Made by a program: the position numbers and the translations under genes. The notes beneath the pieces were generated by a model. That model saw only the letters and a program-made list of their open reading frames with translations, was not told where the DNA came from and made no database searches. Shown here piece after piece: positions 46,320 to 57,336 of a DNA stretch of 64,000 bases. The stretch spans positions 3,410,001-3,474,000 of the forward strand of contig CATNEN010000030.1 in assembly GCA_950097015.1 (NCBI GenBank). Direction: 5' to 3'. The stretch's first letter is position 1; each line of letters opens with the position of its first letter. The DNA is from Macrostomum hystrix (lineage: Eukaryota; Animalia; Platyhelminthes).

Positions 46320-47940
46320 ACAGTTCTCCCCTTCAGCTAGACTGAGAGTTCTCCCCTTCAGCTAGACTGAGAGTTCTCCCCTTCAGCTAGACTGAGAGTT
46401 CTTCCCTTCAGCTAGACTGAGAGTTCTCCCCTTCAGCTAGACTGAGAGTTCTTCCCTTCAGCTAGACTGAGAGTTCTCCCCTTCAGCTAGACTGAGAGTT
46501 CTTCCCTTCAGCTAGACTGAGAGTTCTCCCCTTCAGCTAGACTGAGAGTTCTTCCCTTCAGCTAGACTGAGAGTTCTCCCCTTCAGCTAGACTGAGAGTT
46601 CTTCCCTTCAGCTAGACTGCTAGTTCTCCCCTTCAGCCATGCTGACAGTTCTCCCCTTCAGCTAGACTGAGAGTTCTTCCCTTCAGCTAGACTGAGAGTT
46701 CTTCCCTTCAGCTAGACTGAGAGTTCTCCCCTTCAGCTAGACTGAGAGTTCTTCCCTTCAGCTAGACTGAGAGTTCTCCCCTTCAGCTAGACTGAGAGTT
46801 CTCCCCTTCAGCTAGACTGAGAGTTCTCCCCTTCAGCTAGACTGAGAGTTCTCCCCTTCAGCTAGACTGAGAGTTCAGAACTCTCAGCTAGACTGAGAGT
46901 TCTCCCCTTCAGCTAGACTGCTAGTTCTCCTCTTCAGCCATGCTGACTGTTCTCTCCTTCAGCTAGACTGAGAGTTCTCCCCTTCAGCTAGACTGCTAGT
47001 TCTCCCCTTCAGCTAGACTGAGAGTTCTCCCCTTCAGCTAGACTGAGAGTTCTCCCCTTCAGCTAGACTGAGAGTTCTCCCCTTCAGCTAGACTGAGAGT
47101 TCTCCCCTTCAGCTAGACTGAGAGTTCTCCCCTTCAGCTAGACTGAGAGTTCTCCCCTTCAGCTAGACTGAGAGTTCTCCCCTTCAGCTAGACTGAGAGT
47201 TCTCCCCTTCAGCTAGACTGAGAGTTCTCCTCTTCAGCCATGCTGACAGTTCTCCCCCTTCAGCTAGACTGAGAGTTCTCCCCTTCAGCTAGACTGCTAG
47301 TTCTCCCCTTCAGCTAGACTGCTAGTTCTCCCCTTCAGCTAGACTGAGAGTTCTCCCCTTCAGCTAGACTGAGAGTTCTCCCCTTCAGCTAGACTGAGAG
47401 TTCTCCCCTTCAGCTAGACTGAGAGTTCTCCCCTTCAGCTAGACTGAGAGTTCTCCCCTTCAGCTAGACTGAGAGTTCTCCTCTTCAGCCATGCTGACAG
47501 TTCTCCCCCTTCAGCTAGACTGCTAGTTCTCCCCTTCAGCTAGACTGCTAGTTCTCCCCTTCAGCCAGACTGCTAGTTCTCCCCTTCAGCTAGACTGAGA
47601 GTTCTCCCCTTCAGCTAGACTGAGAGTTCTCCCCTTCAGCTAGACTGAGAGTTCTCCCCTTCAGCTAGACTGAGAGTTCTCCTCTTCAGCCATGCTGACA
47701 GTTCTCCCCCTTCAGCTAGACTGAGAGTTCTCCCCTTCAGCTAGACTGCTAGTTCTCCCCTTCAGCTAGACTGAGAGTTCTCCCCTTCAGCTAGACTGAG
47801 AGTTCTCCCCTTCAGCTAGACTGAGAGTTCTCCCCTTCAGCTAGACTGAGAGTTCTCCCCTTCAGCTAGACTGAGAGTTCTCCCCTTCAGCTAGACTGAG
47901 AGTTCTCCCCTTCAGCTAGACTGCTAGTTCTCCCCTTCAG
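46320..47940. repeat. 25-bp minisatellite
   Basis: Unit ttctccccttcagctagactgagag. Confidence 0.96.
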
Positions 47941-49069
47941 TAGGGGTTTACTCTACACTTCCTACTATCAGCTCCCAGCAGGCAAACTCCATACTGGCAT
48001 GTATTATCGGCCATACTGGCCTGGCTTCTAGCGGGCGGCAGCTATCGGCATCTATTGCGCAACACGCATCCCCTATCTAAGCTGGAGAATGGGGATTTTC
48101 ATATTCATTCAAATCCACGCTGGTGGCAGTCAGATGTGGGTTCAGTAACAGCTTGGCGGTCCACTTGGATTCTCATTAGCGATATGCCACTATCTATAGG
48201 GCTGTGAAATCCCCCGATTGGTGTCCGCTGGTTGGGAAAGGGTTAATCAGCCAGCGATAGACGGAGCTGCGCCCGACCCCCCTCCGCCAGCCTTCATGCA
48301 TCCAGCAATTAGATAGATACTGAACTACAGCTAGAACACTTTTTCTAGTCTTCTGTGCCAACTGTACAATACGATACGCAATATAGACCAATTGTAATGA
48401 CTAAGACTGTTTGCTTGCTGCTTGCTGGTTGCAGAAACTAGCTATTATTTCTCAGATCGTTTCTATGAAACTTAAAAGCGGAGTTGGAGAATTTTAACAG
48501 CATGAGGTCGTCAGTCTTTGTAATAGTATGTTTCTATTGACGGAAGCCTCGGTTGTGTAATCATCAAATGGCGCCCATTGTGACCCGTAGTTCGGCTTCT
48601 TGGGCTAGCAACCCACCTGGAAACCCACTTTGAATTGTTTGAAATTGAAGATTTTGACACAGCCGACACTTGAGATGCCGCGCTGCTTAGTCCAGAGCCA
48701 ACCTAGGGCTTTTTATATATAAACAGTTCGTGGCTTTGGAAGCTCGCCAACTGAACACCGGTGAAAATGGGCGGGTGGCTGCGATTGCGTCATCATCAAA
48801 CGAGCTACGAAGCGAGGCCAGAAGGAGCATGCCGCCACAGCTGCCACTGAAAATGCTGCATGGGAGGAGGCTGGCTGCCACCCTCTGTATAAACACCACA
48901 CAGACGTATGAGTCAGAGTCAGCCCACAGAGCCCATGAGAACTGAGCCTAGGCTAAGCAGTCGGTTTGAAATTAAAAGATGACATGCTCAATGGAGTTTA
49001 AAGAGCAAGAAAACCATATAAATATTTGCAGACCAATTTGGCAGAGATAAATCTGATGATCTCTGAGAT

Positions 49070-50390
49070 ACAGACAACAGACTGATACAGACAGATATAC
49101 AGACAGATATACAGACAGAGAGATACAGACAGAGAGATACAGACAGATATACAGACAGATATACAGACAGAGAGATACAGACAGAGAGATACAGACAGAG
49201 AGATACAGACAGAGAGATACAGACAGAAAGATACAGACAGATACAGACAGACAGATACAGACAGAGAGATACAGACAGAGAGATACAGACAGAGAGATGC
49301 AGACAGAGAGATACAGACAGAGAGATACAGACAGAAAGATACAGACAGATACAGACAGACAGATACAGACAGAGAGATACAGACAGAGAGATGCAGACAG
49401 AGAGATACAGACAGAGAGATACAGACAGAGAGATACAGACAGAGAGATACAGACAGATATACAGACAGATATACAGACAGAGAGATACAGACAGAGAGAT
49501 GCAGACAGAGAGATACAGACAGAGAGATACAGACAGACAGATACAGACAGAGAGATACAGACAGAGAGATACAGACAGAGAGATACAGACAGAGAGATGC
49601 AGACAGAGAGATACAGACAGAGAGATACAGACAGACAGATACAGACAGAGAGATACAGACAGAGAGATACAGACAGAGAGATACAGACAGATATACAGAC
49701 AGATATACAGACAGAGAGATGCAGACAGAGAGATACAGACAGAGAGATACAGACAGAGAGATACAGACAGAGAGATACAGACAGATATACAGACAGATAT
49801 ACAGACAGAGAGATACAGACAGAGAGATGCAGACAGAGAGATGCAGACAGAGAGATACAGACAGAGAGATACAGACAGACAGATACAGACAGAGAGATAC
49901 AGACAGAGAGATACAGACAGAAAGATACAGACAGATACAGACAGACAGATACAGACAGAGAGATACAGACAGAGAGATGCAGACAGAGAGATACAGACAG
50001 AGAGATACAGACAGAGAGATACAGACAGAGAGATGCAGACAGAGAGATACAGACAGAGAGATACAGACAGAAAGATACAGACAGATACAGACAGACAGAT
50101 ACAGATAGAGAGATACAGACAGATACAGACAGACAGATACAGACAGAGAGATACAGACAGAGAGATACAGACAGAGAGATACAGACAGAGAGATGCAGAC
50201 AGAGAGATACAGACAGAGAGATACAGACAGAAAGATACAGACAGATACAGACAGACAGATACAGATAGAGAGATACAGACAGATACAGACAGACAGATAC
50301 AGACAGAGAGATACAGACAGAGAGATACAGACAGAGAAATACAGACAGAGAGATACAGACAGAGAGATACAGACAGAGAGATGCAGACGG
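49070..50390. repeat. 14-bp / compound (ACAG, AG, AT) satellite
   Basis: Unit acagacagagagat. It is the source of the QTERYR and VCISLS ORFs. Confidence 0.96.
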
Positions 50391-50839
50391 AGGCATCGAT
50401 GCAGGAGACAGACATAAAAGGAGAGTGCATGCTATTAAGCCGAGCAAAATTCATTCGGTTTTCTGCCCGTCGCCACGGCTAGAAGAGGCCTCAATAAAAT
50501 CTGCACTTTAAGGCCGCAAATAGGACTAACTTATTGGTTCTGTTGGATTCGGCCACTCGAACAAGTCCATAATGCGTACACATCTGTGCGCTTGGCAGGC
50601 CAGCAATTAGTTTTCTGTCATTTTCTGCTGCAGTCCCGGCTCCGTAGTAGATCCCACAGCTCAAATAGTCCTGCTAATCCGGTTGTGTAATGGGATAAAA
50701 CCCTGCTCCTAAACTACAATTTTTTTCCCATATCTGATGCAATTGATACAGATCCCTGAAATCCCTAAGGACCTAAGGATGATAAGAAAATTAAAAGAGT
50801 TAAACATTTCTCAAGTTTTATGTCTGGAATATGACAACA

Positions 50840-51130
50840 TTTTTGTGCTGCACCCGAACGGAGCAACGCAAGCTCACGAAACTCAAGAACACCGGCCAAC
50901 TTTTTGTTGCGCATCTTCTGAAACAATAATCAAGTCGCCAGCCCTTCAGACCGTCGAGATATTCAATGGTTCTGGCCGAAGGTCAGATTTTTCCCATAAG
51001 CGTTAGTGTATTTCATACACCCCTATACACGAATTAGCACTTCGCCTCAGTGCCGCCTTGCCAGGCCTTCAAACTTTATCAGCATGTCACCCGAATGTGC
51101 CTGCATCATCTCCGTCTTCGGTGGTCACCT
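50840..51130 (+). mobile_element. Single-arm copy of the 2440-3595 foldback element
   Basis: tttttgtgctgcacccgaacggagcaacgcaagc...tgtcacccgaatgtgcctgcatcat matches 2450-2730. Confidence 0.75.
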
Positions 51131-53266
51131 ACTTTTATCTAGATGGACTGCTGGACCTTCAAGGGCTACAACAGGTGGAACTAGGCCTCTATGGAAACCC
51201 TGAGGCGAATTTATATAATTTCACTTATCAGGCCTAAATATTAGGCGCAGCTAAACCACAGGACACCATCGCCTAGTCTGTCAACCAATCAGTCACCACC
51301 CAACGCTGTTAGAATTCAGGCGGCACCTACATCTGAAATGTAAACCATTTTTCGGCTTTCTGAATATAAATATAAAAATATGTTTTGTCTATAAAAACTG
51401 TCCAAGCAGTTTTTTATTGCTGTAATTTATCAAAGTTGTTCTTATTCATTAGTAATAATCTAAACTAGCATCGCCACAGATTCGAACTTATAACCCTTGC
51501 TGAGCTGAGTTCAGATAGACAGAAAAAACTGTTTTGCCTTTCTGTAGAAAGAACGAAAGAAAAAAAAATAATTTCGAGTCTTTCTTAACTTTCACACATG
51601 AGGTACGATGAGGGCGGTGCTTCGCAGATCGAACGCCTTTAATGTTGCTCACACATACATATTCGCTGCGATAGTGATTATACAAAATTGGATATAGTGC
51701 AAATAATGAGTGCTGTTTGTGTGCACAAGAACACATTTCATAGTGAACAGTATAGCAACCGTAAAGCTTTACAAGCAGATATGTACACGCATATTGAACT
51801 TGCTACAATAACTGGCTACGCTTTACAGAGAAATTCTAAAGTAAAAAGTATTATGTTTTTAGCATGGCTTCACGGGATATTGTTTTTACCCTGCAAGCAA
51901 CAGCTTGAGGGCAAAGCACTCCAAATTGGTTAAAACTGACATTCGAATTTCATTGGCTGTTGTAAGTCACGTGCTTTGTTTCTCAGGGCAAGGAAAAATA
52001 GATTCACCCGAAAAGTTTCTAAAAATAGAAAAGCGTAACCTTGCTTTCTAATAAGCCAATCGAATTTTAAAGGCTACAGTTTTTTGCATAATGTCGGTAG
52101 GTTCTTCGACAAAAGTTATTGAACTAATCTTACAAAAACACTTCTTGAGATTTTAGCAAATTATCAGTCAACCTTCAGCAAACGATGGACTTGCAAGAAC
52201 GGAAAAAATAACAAAAAGTGACGTAAAGTCCGTGTTACCAGCAGGCATTTGCGAGTCTAGCTGTTTTTATCCCCAAGTATACTTTACAATGCTTGTTCCT
52301 ACGAAGTATGAGCTCATTTATGACGTCGATGCTTTAAGAAAAATATGGCAGAAAAAACACAGAAAACGACTTGATTCAGAAATTCGATAACATAGCTATG
52401 CTTCTAGAGGCGCCAAGGCGGCACAGTTCCGCGCCAACATTGCGGCACCTTAATAGCCATTGTGGACAAGGAAAAAGCTAAGGCAATTTCTCTTTCCTAC
52501 TACATTTAATGTGCAGAAACGGGTTTTATGACCGCGATAGTGCCTGCAATTCTGGAGCAAAAGCTATGGCTATTATTCCAGATTATGCTTGCCTTTGCAC
52601 CCATGGCTTCCGTTCCTTCCCTGTCTAGAAGCAGGGCGCACACAGGAGAGATACGAAAGCATTTGACCGTATTGTAGACTCTCTCTATACACCATATAGC
52701 AAACACAGTGCTGGCGAATACAGGAAAAATGGTGTGCACTCAGAATCTACACGAGGCTCCAGAATTGGAATCGAAAGTCATCATAAAAGTGAGCATATTT
52801 TCTAAGCGTTCTCAAACTTTGCCAAAAAACATTACTTTTTTCGGAAGTTAAATGAAGCAAGAAAAATTACTGGCTTGCCTTGGCGATTTGCTACTAAGTC
52901 TAATTAAAAATTCGACGCATAACACCAAGAATTGACGAAAGTTATAGCGAAAGAGCAGTGCTTTTCGCTTCGCTTTTAAGCTTATTTTGTCTTGGAAAGA
53001 ACAGAGTTCGAAAGTACAGAAAACGTTGAGCCTTAAAAGATTCTACACTTACAATTTCTGTCCTTTATGCAACTCAGTCGAATGGCCCACGTGACGAAAA
53101 AGTAAATGTTTAATATTTCCCATTTGCCCACCAACTTTGATTGCACTTTTATGCTCTGTGTATAAATTCTGACTATTTTTCTATCTCGGACTCTGTCCAT
53201 AGTCTATGGTAAAAAGCAGACCTGTTTGAAGAAGAAGTGTCTGTGGTAAAAAGTGTACACTGGACG

Positions 53267-56200
53267 CATAGAATTCTAGATATCAAACTGGAAGTGAAGG
53301 CTTTGAGGGGGGCGTACAAAACCGGGCCGAATGAAAAATCCGTCCCAATGAAGCAATAGGAATGCTATAGGATATTTTCCTATTTTGCGATGCGATACCA
53401 AGAATGTTATTGTAAATAAATTTATTTTGCAGCAATTTATTTTTGGATTTCTTACTTCATTAGAATTGAAAATTAAGAATTAAGTATATTGTTGGGCATA
53501 TTCCATTGCATTACAGATGAAACAAAAGTAGTGCGATTTTGAGCGCATATGGGATTGAGCATGAAAAATTTCAGAGTCTCACGATTACTTGTTGGTTCAG
53601 CAGCTAAACTTGGCAACTTTTCGCCCCGAAAGTGCTCCCGATGCAGTCAGACGGCTGGTCCAATTCTTGGCAGCAGTGTTGAACATTTTCCGGCATAGTG
53701 GCTGCAGAAGAGGATGCTGAAGCTCGCAGTGTGTTTGGAATCGTAGATTTGGAAGGCGCGCAAACATCTCTGAGCAGATTGCTTCAAACAATGTAGCATG
53801 TCGATTATTCGAATTGAGGAACTGTTGGCAGGTCTGCAACTGGGCAATGATCTCCCAGGAAGCCGTACACGCGGCGAAGGCGAGCTCAGAAGGCTCAGTC
53901 AACCCGCCACGGTTCACTTGCCGCAGAAAAGTTGACGATGCGTCAAGTACTGCGTCGTTGGGCCGAGACAGTAGCAGTTCATTGCATGACGCACAGCTTC
54001 TGAGAGCAGAAATCGATTTGGCGAACTTGCCGGCCACATAATAGACGACGTTGGAATCTGCAGCGTCAATCTTCTCATCGAGACTCAGCTGAATAGCAAT
54101 CTCTTCGACTTCTTTCAACAGATCACGGCTCTCGCTGCTTGCTTCGGCGGATAGAGCCTGAATGGCCATTGGCGTGACGCGGCTGAACTGCAATAGCGAT
54201 ACTGACCGGATGGCTTTCTCCGCATCCAAAACATCCCTGCATGATACATAGTAGTTCAATCCTTTGCGATGACGATACCATCCAAATCTTCCTTCTAGTG
54301 GATCCGATTGCAGCATTCCAATGAGCACATACTCAAACATCAGACTGGTAAGCAGGTACCGAGATACCTGCACCAACGCTTCGAGTGTGTGACCTAGAGC
54401 TAGAAATGTTTCATCGCTCAGACCTCGGCTCTTGCATTCCTTCCACTTCCGCACGTAGTTTGCCACGTCGGACAAATATTCCAGCTTCCAATCGGTATCA
54501 GATCTGATAGGATCTCTGTGGCAATCCCGCTTGTGCTTGCCAATTGTGCTCGTTTTCACATTCAGCACGTACCAAAGTTGTGTGACGGCGGTAACAAAAT
54601 TTGCCGTGTCGTTCCAAGGCTTGCCCTGATTTTTTGTATAGTAAAGCAGAGCGTTAGCAGTAGACTCGGAAAACAAGGCAAGTGAAAGTTTGATGGACGT
54701 CTTCTGAATGCTCTTGGGATTAATTACACTTGAATTAAGCTTTGGTGCCAGCTTCACAGGCTTCTCCTTTTCCAGCTCGAAAAGGTGTCGGATGTTGCCG
54801 AATTCAGCCACGATAAACTCGCCATTATTCTTCAGTGTGAGACCAGAAAAAAACTGACTTTCCAAGATGGGAAGCTCCAGAACTTGCCTCTTTTGGAAGT
54901 TGTTATAGATGTTCTTCATCGTGTGGGTCGGATCGAACAGCAGAAAAATCTTCTTATTCGCATCATGAGGATGAGGAATCGACGTTTTAAGAACGCCGCC
55001 GCAAAGCTTGTGGATAAAGAAGGCACGATTAGCTGAATGATTATCAACTAGGATAGTAACGACATTCAGATTGGTGCGCTGAAGCATTTCCATCACGCTC
55101 AAGTAGTGCACATGCAAGACGTCCGCCGTCAGCTTGCTCAAAGGAAAGAGTGCAACAACGTCACGGAACTTTCCAGCGATGGACTTGACCATGAAGCAGA
55201 GCATTGTTGACGCTGATGTACTCTCCTGCATACCCACAATCTTTCCGGCAGAGTACTCAATTCTTCTGTTCAGATGTATCTCGTCGATAATTAAATTCAC
55301 GTTCGACTCCAAAATCGACAGATCCTGAGTTCTGAGATGAAGGTATCGCTCATCAGAAACTCCAGGAGTCACTGAAAGCGGGCTGGCGATCGCCGTAAGG
55401 CGGCGAACGGATGGCAGGATTAGCACTTCCTGGTCCAGCAAAGACTGATAGCATGCCGTACTAGTAGACTTCAGAGTCATCGCAAACACGATCAGATCAG
55501 GAGAGTAGCGCAAGGATGGCTTACTAATGCAAGACAGCTTCAATTGCTCCATAATAAATTGAATGCGCTGGTGAAGCGGTTCGGCGGTGTCCTGACACTC
55601 TGCAGTCCATCTAGTAAGGCAGTCAATGGCGTCCTCAATTAATTTTTTGTCTTCTGTCCCATTGTTTTTACTCGAAATTTGTGTCCAGGACTTAATTTTG
55701 GCATGCAAATTTTGAATTTGGGAGAACAAGCAAACCTTGCCGCAGTCCAAAAATTGTAGCAATCTCTTCTGCTGTACCGGCAGTCCATTGAGACTTGCTG
55801 CAACAGTCATGTCTGCACGAATTTGCAGGGAGCAGAGAATTTCGGGGACGTCTCCATTGTCTACATGAACAAGACAAAATGTAATTTTGCTAGGCTTAGA
55901 CAGTACTAGGAAATCGGTTGGAATCATGTTGCACTCCAGCTGGCGTACGACGTCGGCAAGTGAGGCTATCTCATCTTGAGTGAGAAACTCAGCAGCCGCG
56001 TTTTCCATCCGGTCTTGCTCAAATTGATGCCTCTGCTCTGCTGTAGCTCTTTCTGCTCGAGATGGCAAAGCTGTTGGCTGCAGTCGCTCAGGAAGCTGCG
56101 TAAATATAGTAGGAATGGCATCCTTTTTTAGTCTGCGCTTGATGAGAGCTTCGCCATCCCTCGTGCGCTTTCGACGAAGATTTGTGTCCTGAGATGTGGC

Positions 56201-56813
56201 AACGAAGTCATCGTCTGTGAAGTGCAGGGAGCACAGTCTCGATTGCGTTGTTGGGGTATAATTTTCCCTTCGAATTCGCCGCAACCATTCTTGGAGAAGT
56301 TGTTGATCTTTGAGAGGAAATTCGTGAAATGAAACTTTGAAAGCTGCTTCAGAAGTTACGGTGGAACATTTCCTCAGGTATCCAGAATGGCAGTTGAACG
56401 CAGCACATTTGTAACCCATTTGCTTTTGAGTTCGGAGTGACAAAGAAATCTTTAAAAGACTTTAAAAACGGAAACTTTTTTACTTTAAAAATAATTTAAA
56501 GTTGGTGGGAAATAATTCGGTCTATATAATTTACCATAGCTTTAGTGGGGTGTTGGTCGTAGCCTACACTGTACAGTGCTATATTTGGCCTCCGATCAGA
56601 GTGGAAGGGAATCTACACTCTCCCCAGGACAGCAGTCTTAGATTAGAATGTACATAGACGCTATCGCGGAGGGAGGGGTTGGTCTCTGCAAAGATATGAG
56701 AGGATAGAGGGACGAGGGACGAAGCGACGAAGGCCCAGTCGGCCCGGTTTCGTACGCTTGCAGACCCCACTCACAAAAGCCTTCACTTCCAGTTTGATAT
56801 CTAGAATTCTATG
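53267..56813 (-). mobile_element. Intact P-superfamily (THAP) DNA transposon, 3,547 bp
   Basis: Perfect 38-bp TIRs CATAGAATTCTAGATATCAAACTGGAAGTGAAGGCTTT (53267-53304 and reverse complement at 56776-56813), flanked by the 8-bp direct repeat ACTGGACG (53259-53266, 56814-56821). Confidence 0.95.
53597..56419 (-). CDS. THAP-domain P-element-type transposase, 940 aa, intronless
   Basis: THAP signature CAAFNC..FHEFP..W..LCSLHF..AIPTIF; catalytic-region motifs LIIDEIH, ILVDNHSAN, FDPTHTMKN (DxxH) and QSDPLEGRFG. The first ATG is at 56419 (the track starts upstream, at a non-ATG codon). Confidence 0.93.
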   Translation of the reverse strand: MGYKCAAFNCHSGYLRKCSTVTSEAAFKVSFHEFPLKDQQLLQEWLRRIRRENYTPTTQSRLCSLHFTDDDFVATSQDTNLRRKRTRDGEALIKRRLKKDAIPTIFTQLPERLQPTALPSRAERATAEQRHQFEQDRMENAAAEFLTQDEIASLADVVRQLECNMIPTDFLVLSKPSKITFCLVHVDNGDVPEILCSLQIRADMTVAASLNGLPVQQKRLLQFLDCGKVCLFSQIQNLHAKIKSWTQISSKNNGTEDKKLIEDAIDCLTRWTAECQDTAEPLHQRIQFIMEQLKLSCISKPSLRYSPDLIVFAMTLKSTSTACYQSLLDQEVLILPSVRRLTAIASPLSVTPGVSDERYLHLRTQDLSILESNVNLIIDEIHLNRRIEYSAGKIVGMQESTSASTMLCFMVKSIAGKFRDVVALFPLSKLTADVLHVHYLSVMEMLQRTNLNVVTILVDNHSANRAFFIHKLCGGVLKTSIPHPHDANKKIFLLFDPTHTMKNIYNNFQKRQVLELPILESQFFSGLTLKNNGEFIVAEFGNIRHLFELEKEKPVKLAPKLNSSVINPKSIQKTSIKLSLALFSESTANALLYYTKNQGKPWNDTANFVTAVTQLWYVLNVKTSTIGKHKRDCHRDPIRSDTDWKLEYLSDVANYVRKWKECKSRGLSDETFLALGHTLEALVQVSRYLLTSLMFEYVLIGMLQSDPLEGRFGWYRHRKGLNYYVSCRDVLDAEKAIRSVSLLQFSRVTPMAIQALSAEASSESRDLLKEVEEIAIQLSLDEKIDAADSNVVYYVAGKFAKSISALRSCASCNELLLSRPNDAVLDASSTFLRQVNRGGLTEPSELAFAACTASWEIIAQLQTCQQFLNSNNRHATLFEAICSEMFARLPNLRFQTHCELQHPLLQPLCRKMFNTAAKNWTSRLTASGALSGRKVAKFSC

Positions 56814-57336
56814 ACTGGACGTGTAAGGCTGGAAAGACTGTCAGAGCTATCGCTGGCTTTGAGCTACGTTCTTTTTATTTCCCCCAGACGTCTGTGAGTT
56901 GTCTAGGGTAAACGTTCCGTTTATCCGCCCCGGCGAGCGGGAAATAAATCATTAAGACATAGACTGCGTTGGCGGGAAAACGGGGAATACATTTTCATCT
57001 AACGAAAATGTAACTATAGCTTCGTCGCATTAAAATCAAGTTAGACTGAATCAGTTGGACTAGCGAAAATGGTTCAACCTGCTTGTTTAAGAAAATAGTG
57101 TGGGAAAATAGCGAAAAAAGCTCGTATAATATGGCTCACTGTGAACACAAGGTTACCTGCTTTTGGTGTTTGTAATAGCTATTCATTTGATCTATGTAAT
57201 TATTTTAGTAGCTAATGATTTGTGACACAGTCACATTTAACTAACTTTGAATTCTTACCGTGTCGCTGAAAAATCTGCAATATCTCAATAAAAGTAGAGC
57301 CCACACAATGTAGAAAAAGCCACAACAAAGCTTAAA

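Noticed and set aside
48972-50482. QTERYRQRDTD / VCISLS ORFs
   Set aside because: Compound microsatellite translation.
53197-53209. Palindrome CCATAG-T-CTATGG next to the P element as a possible excision footprint
   Set aside because: It resembles joined TIR ends, but the flanks show no 8-bp duplication and a 13-bp palindrome can arise by chance.
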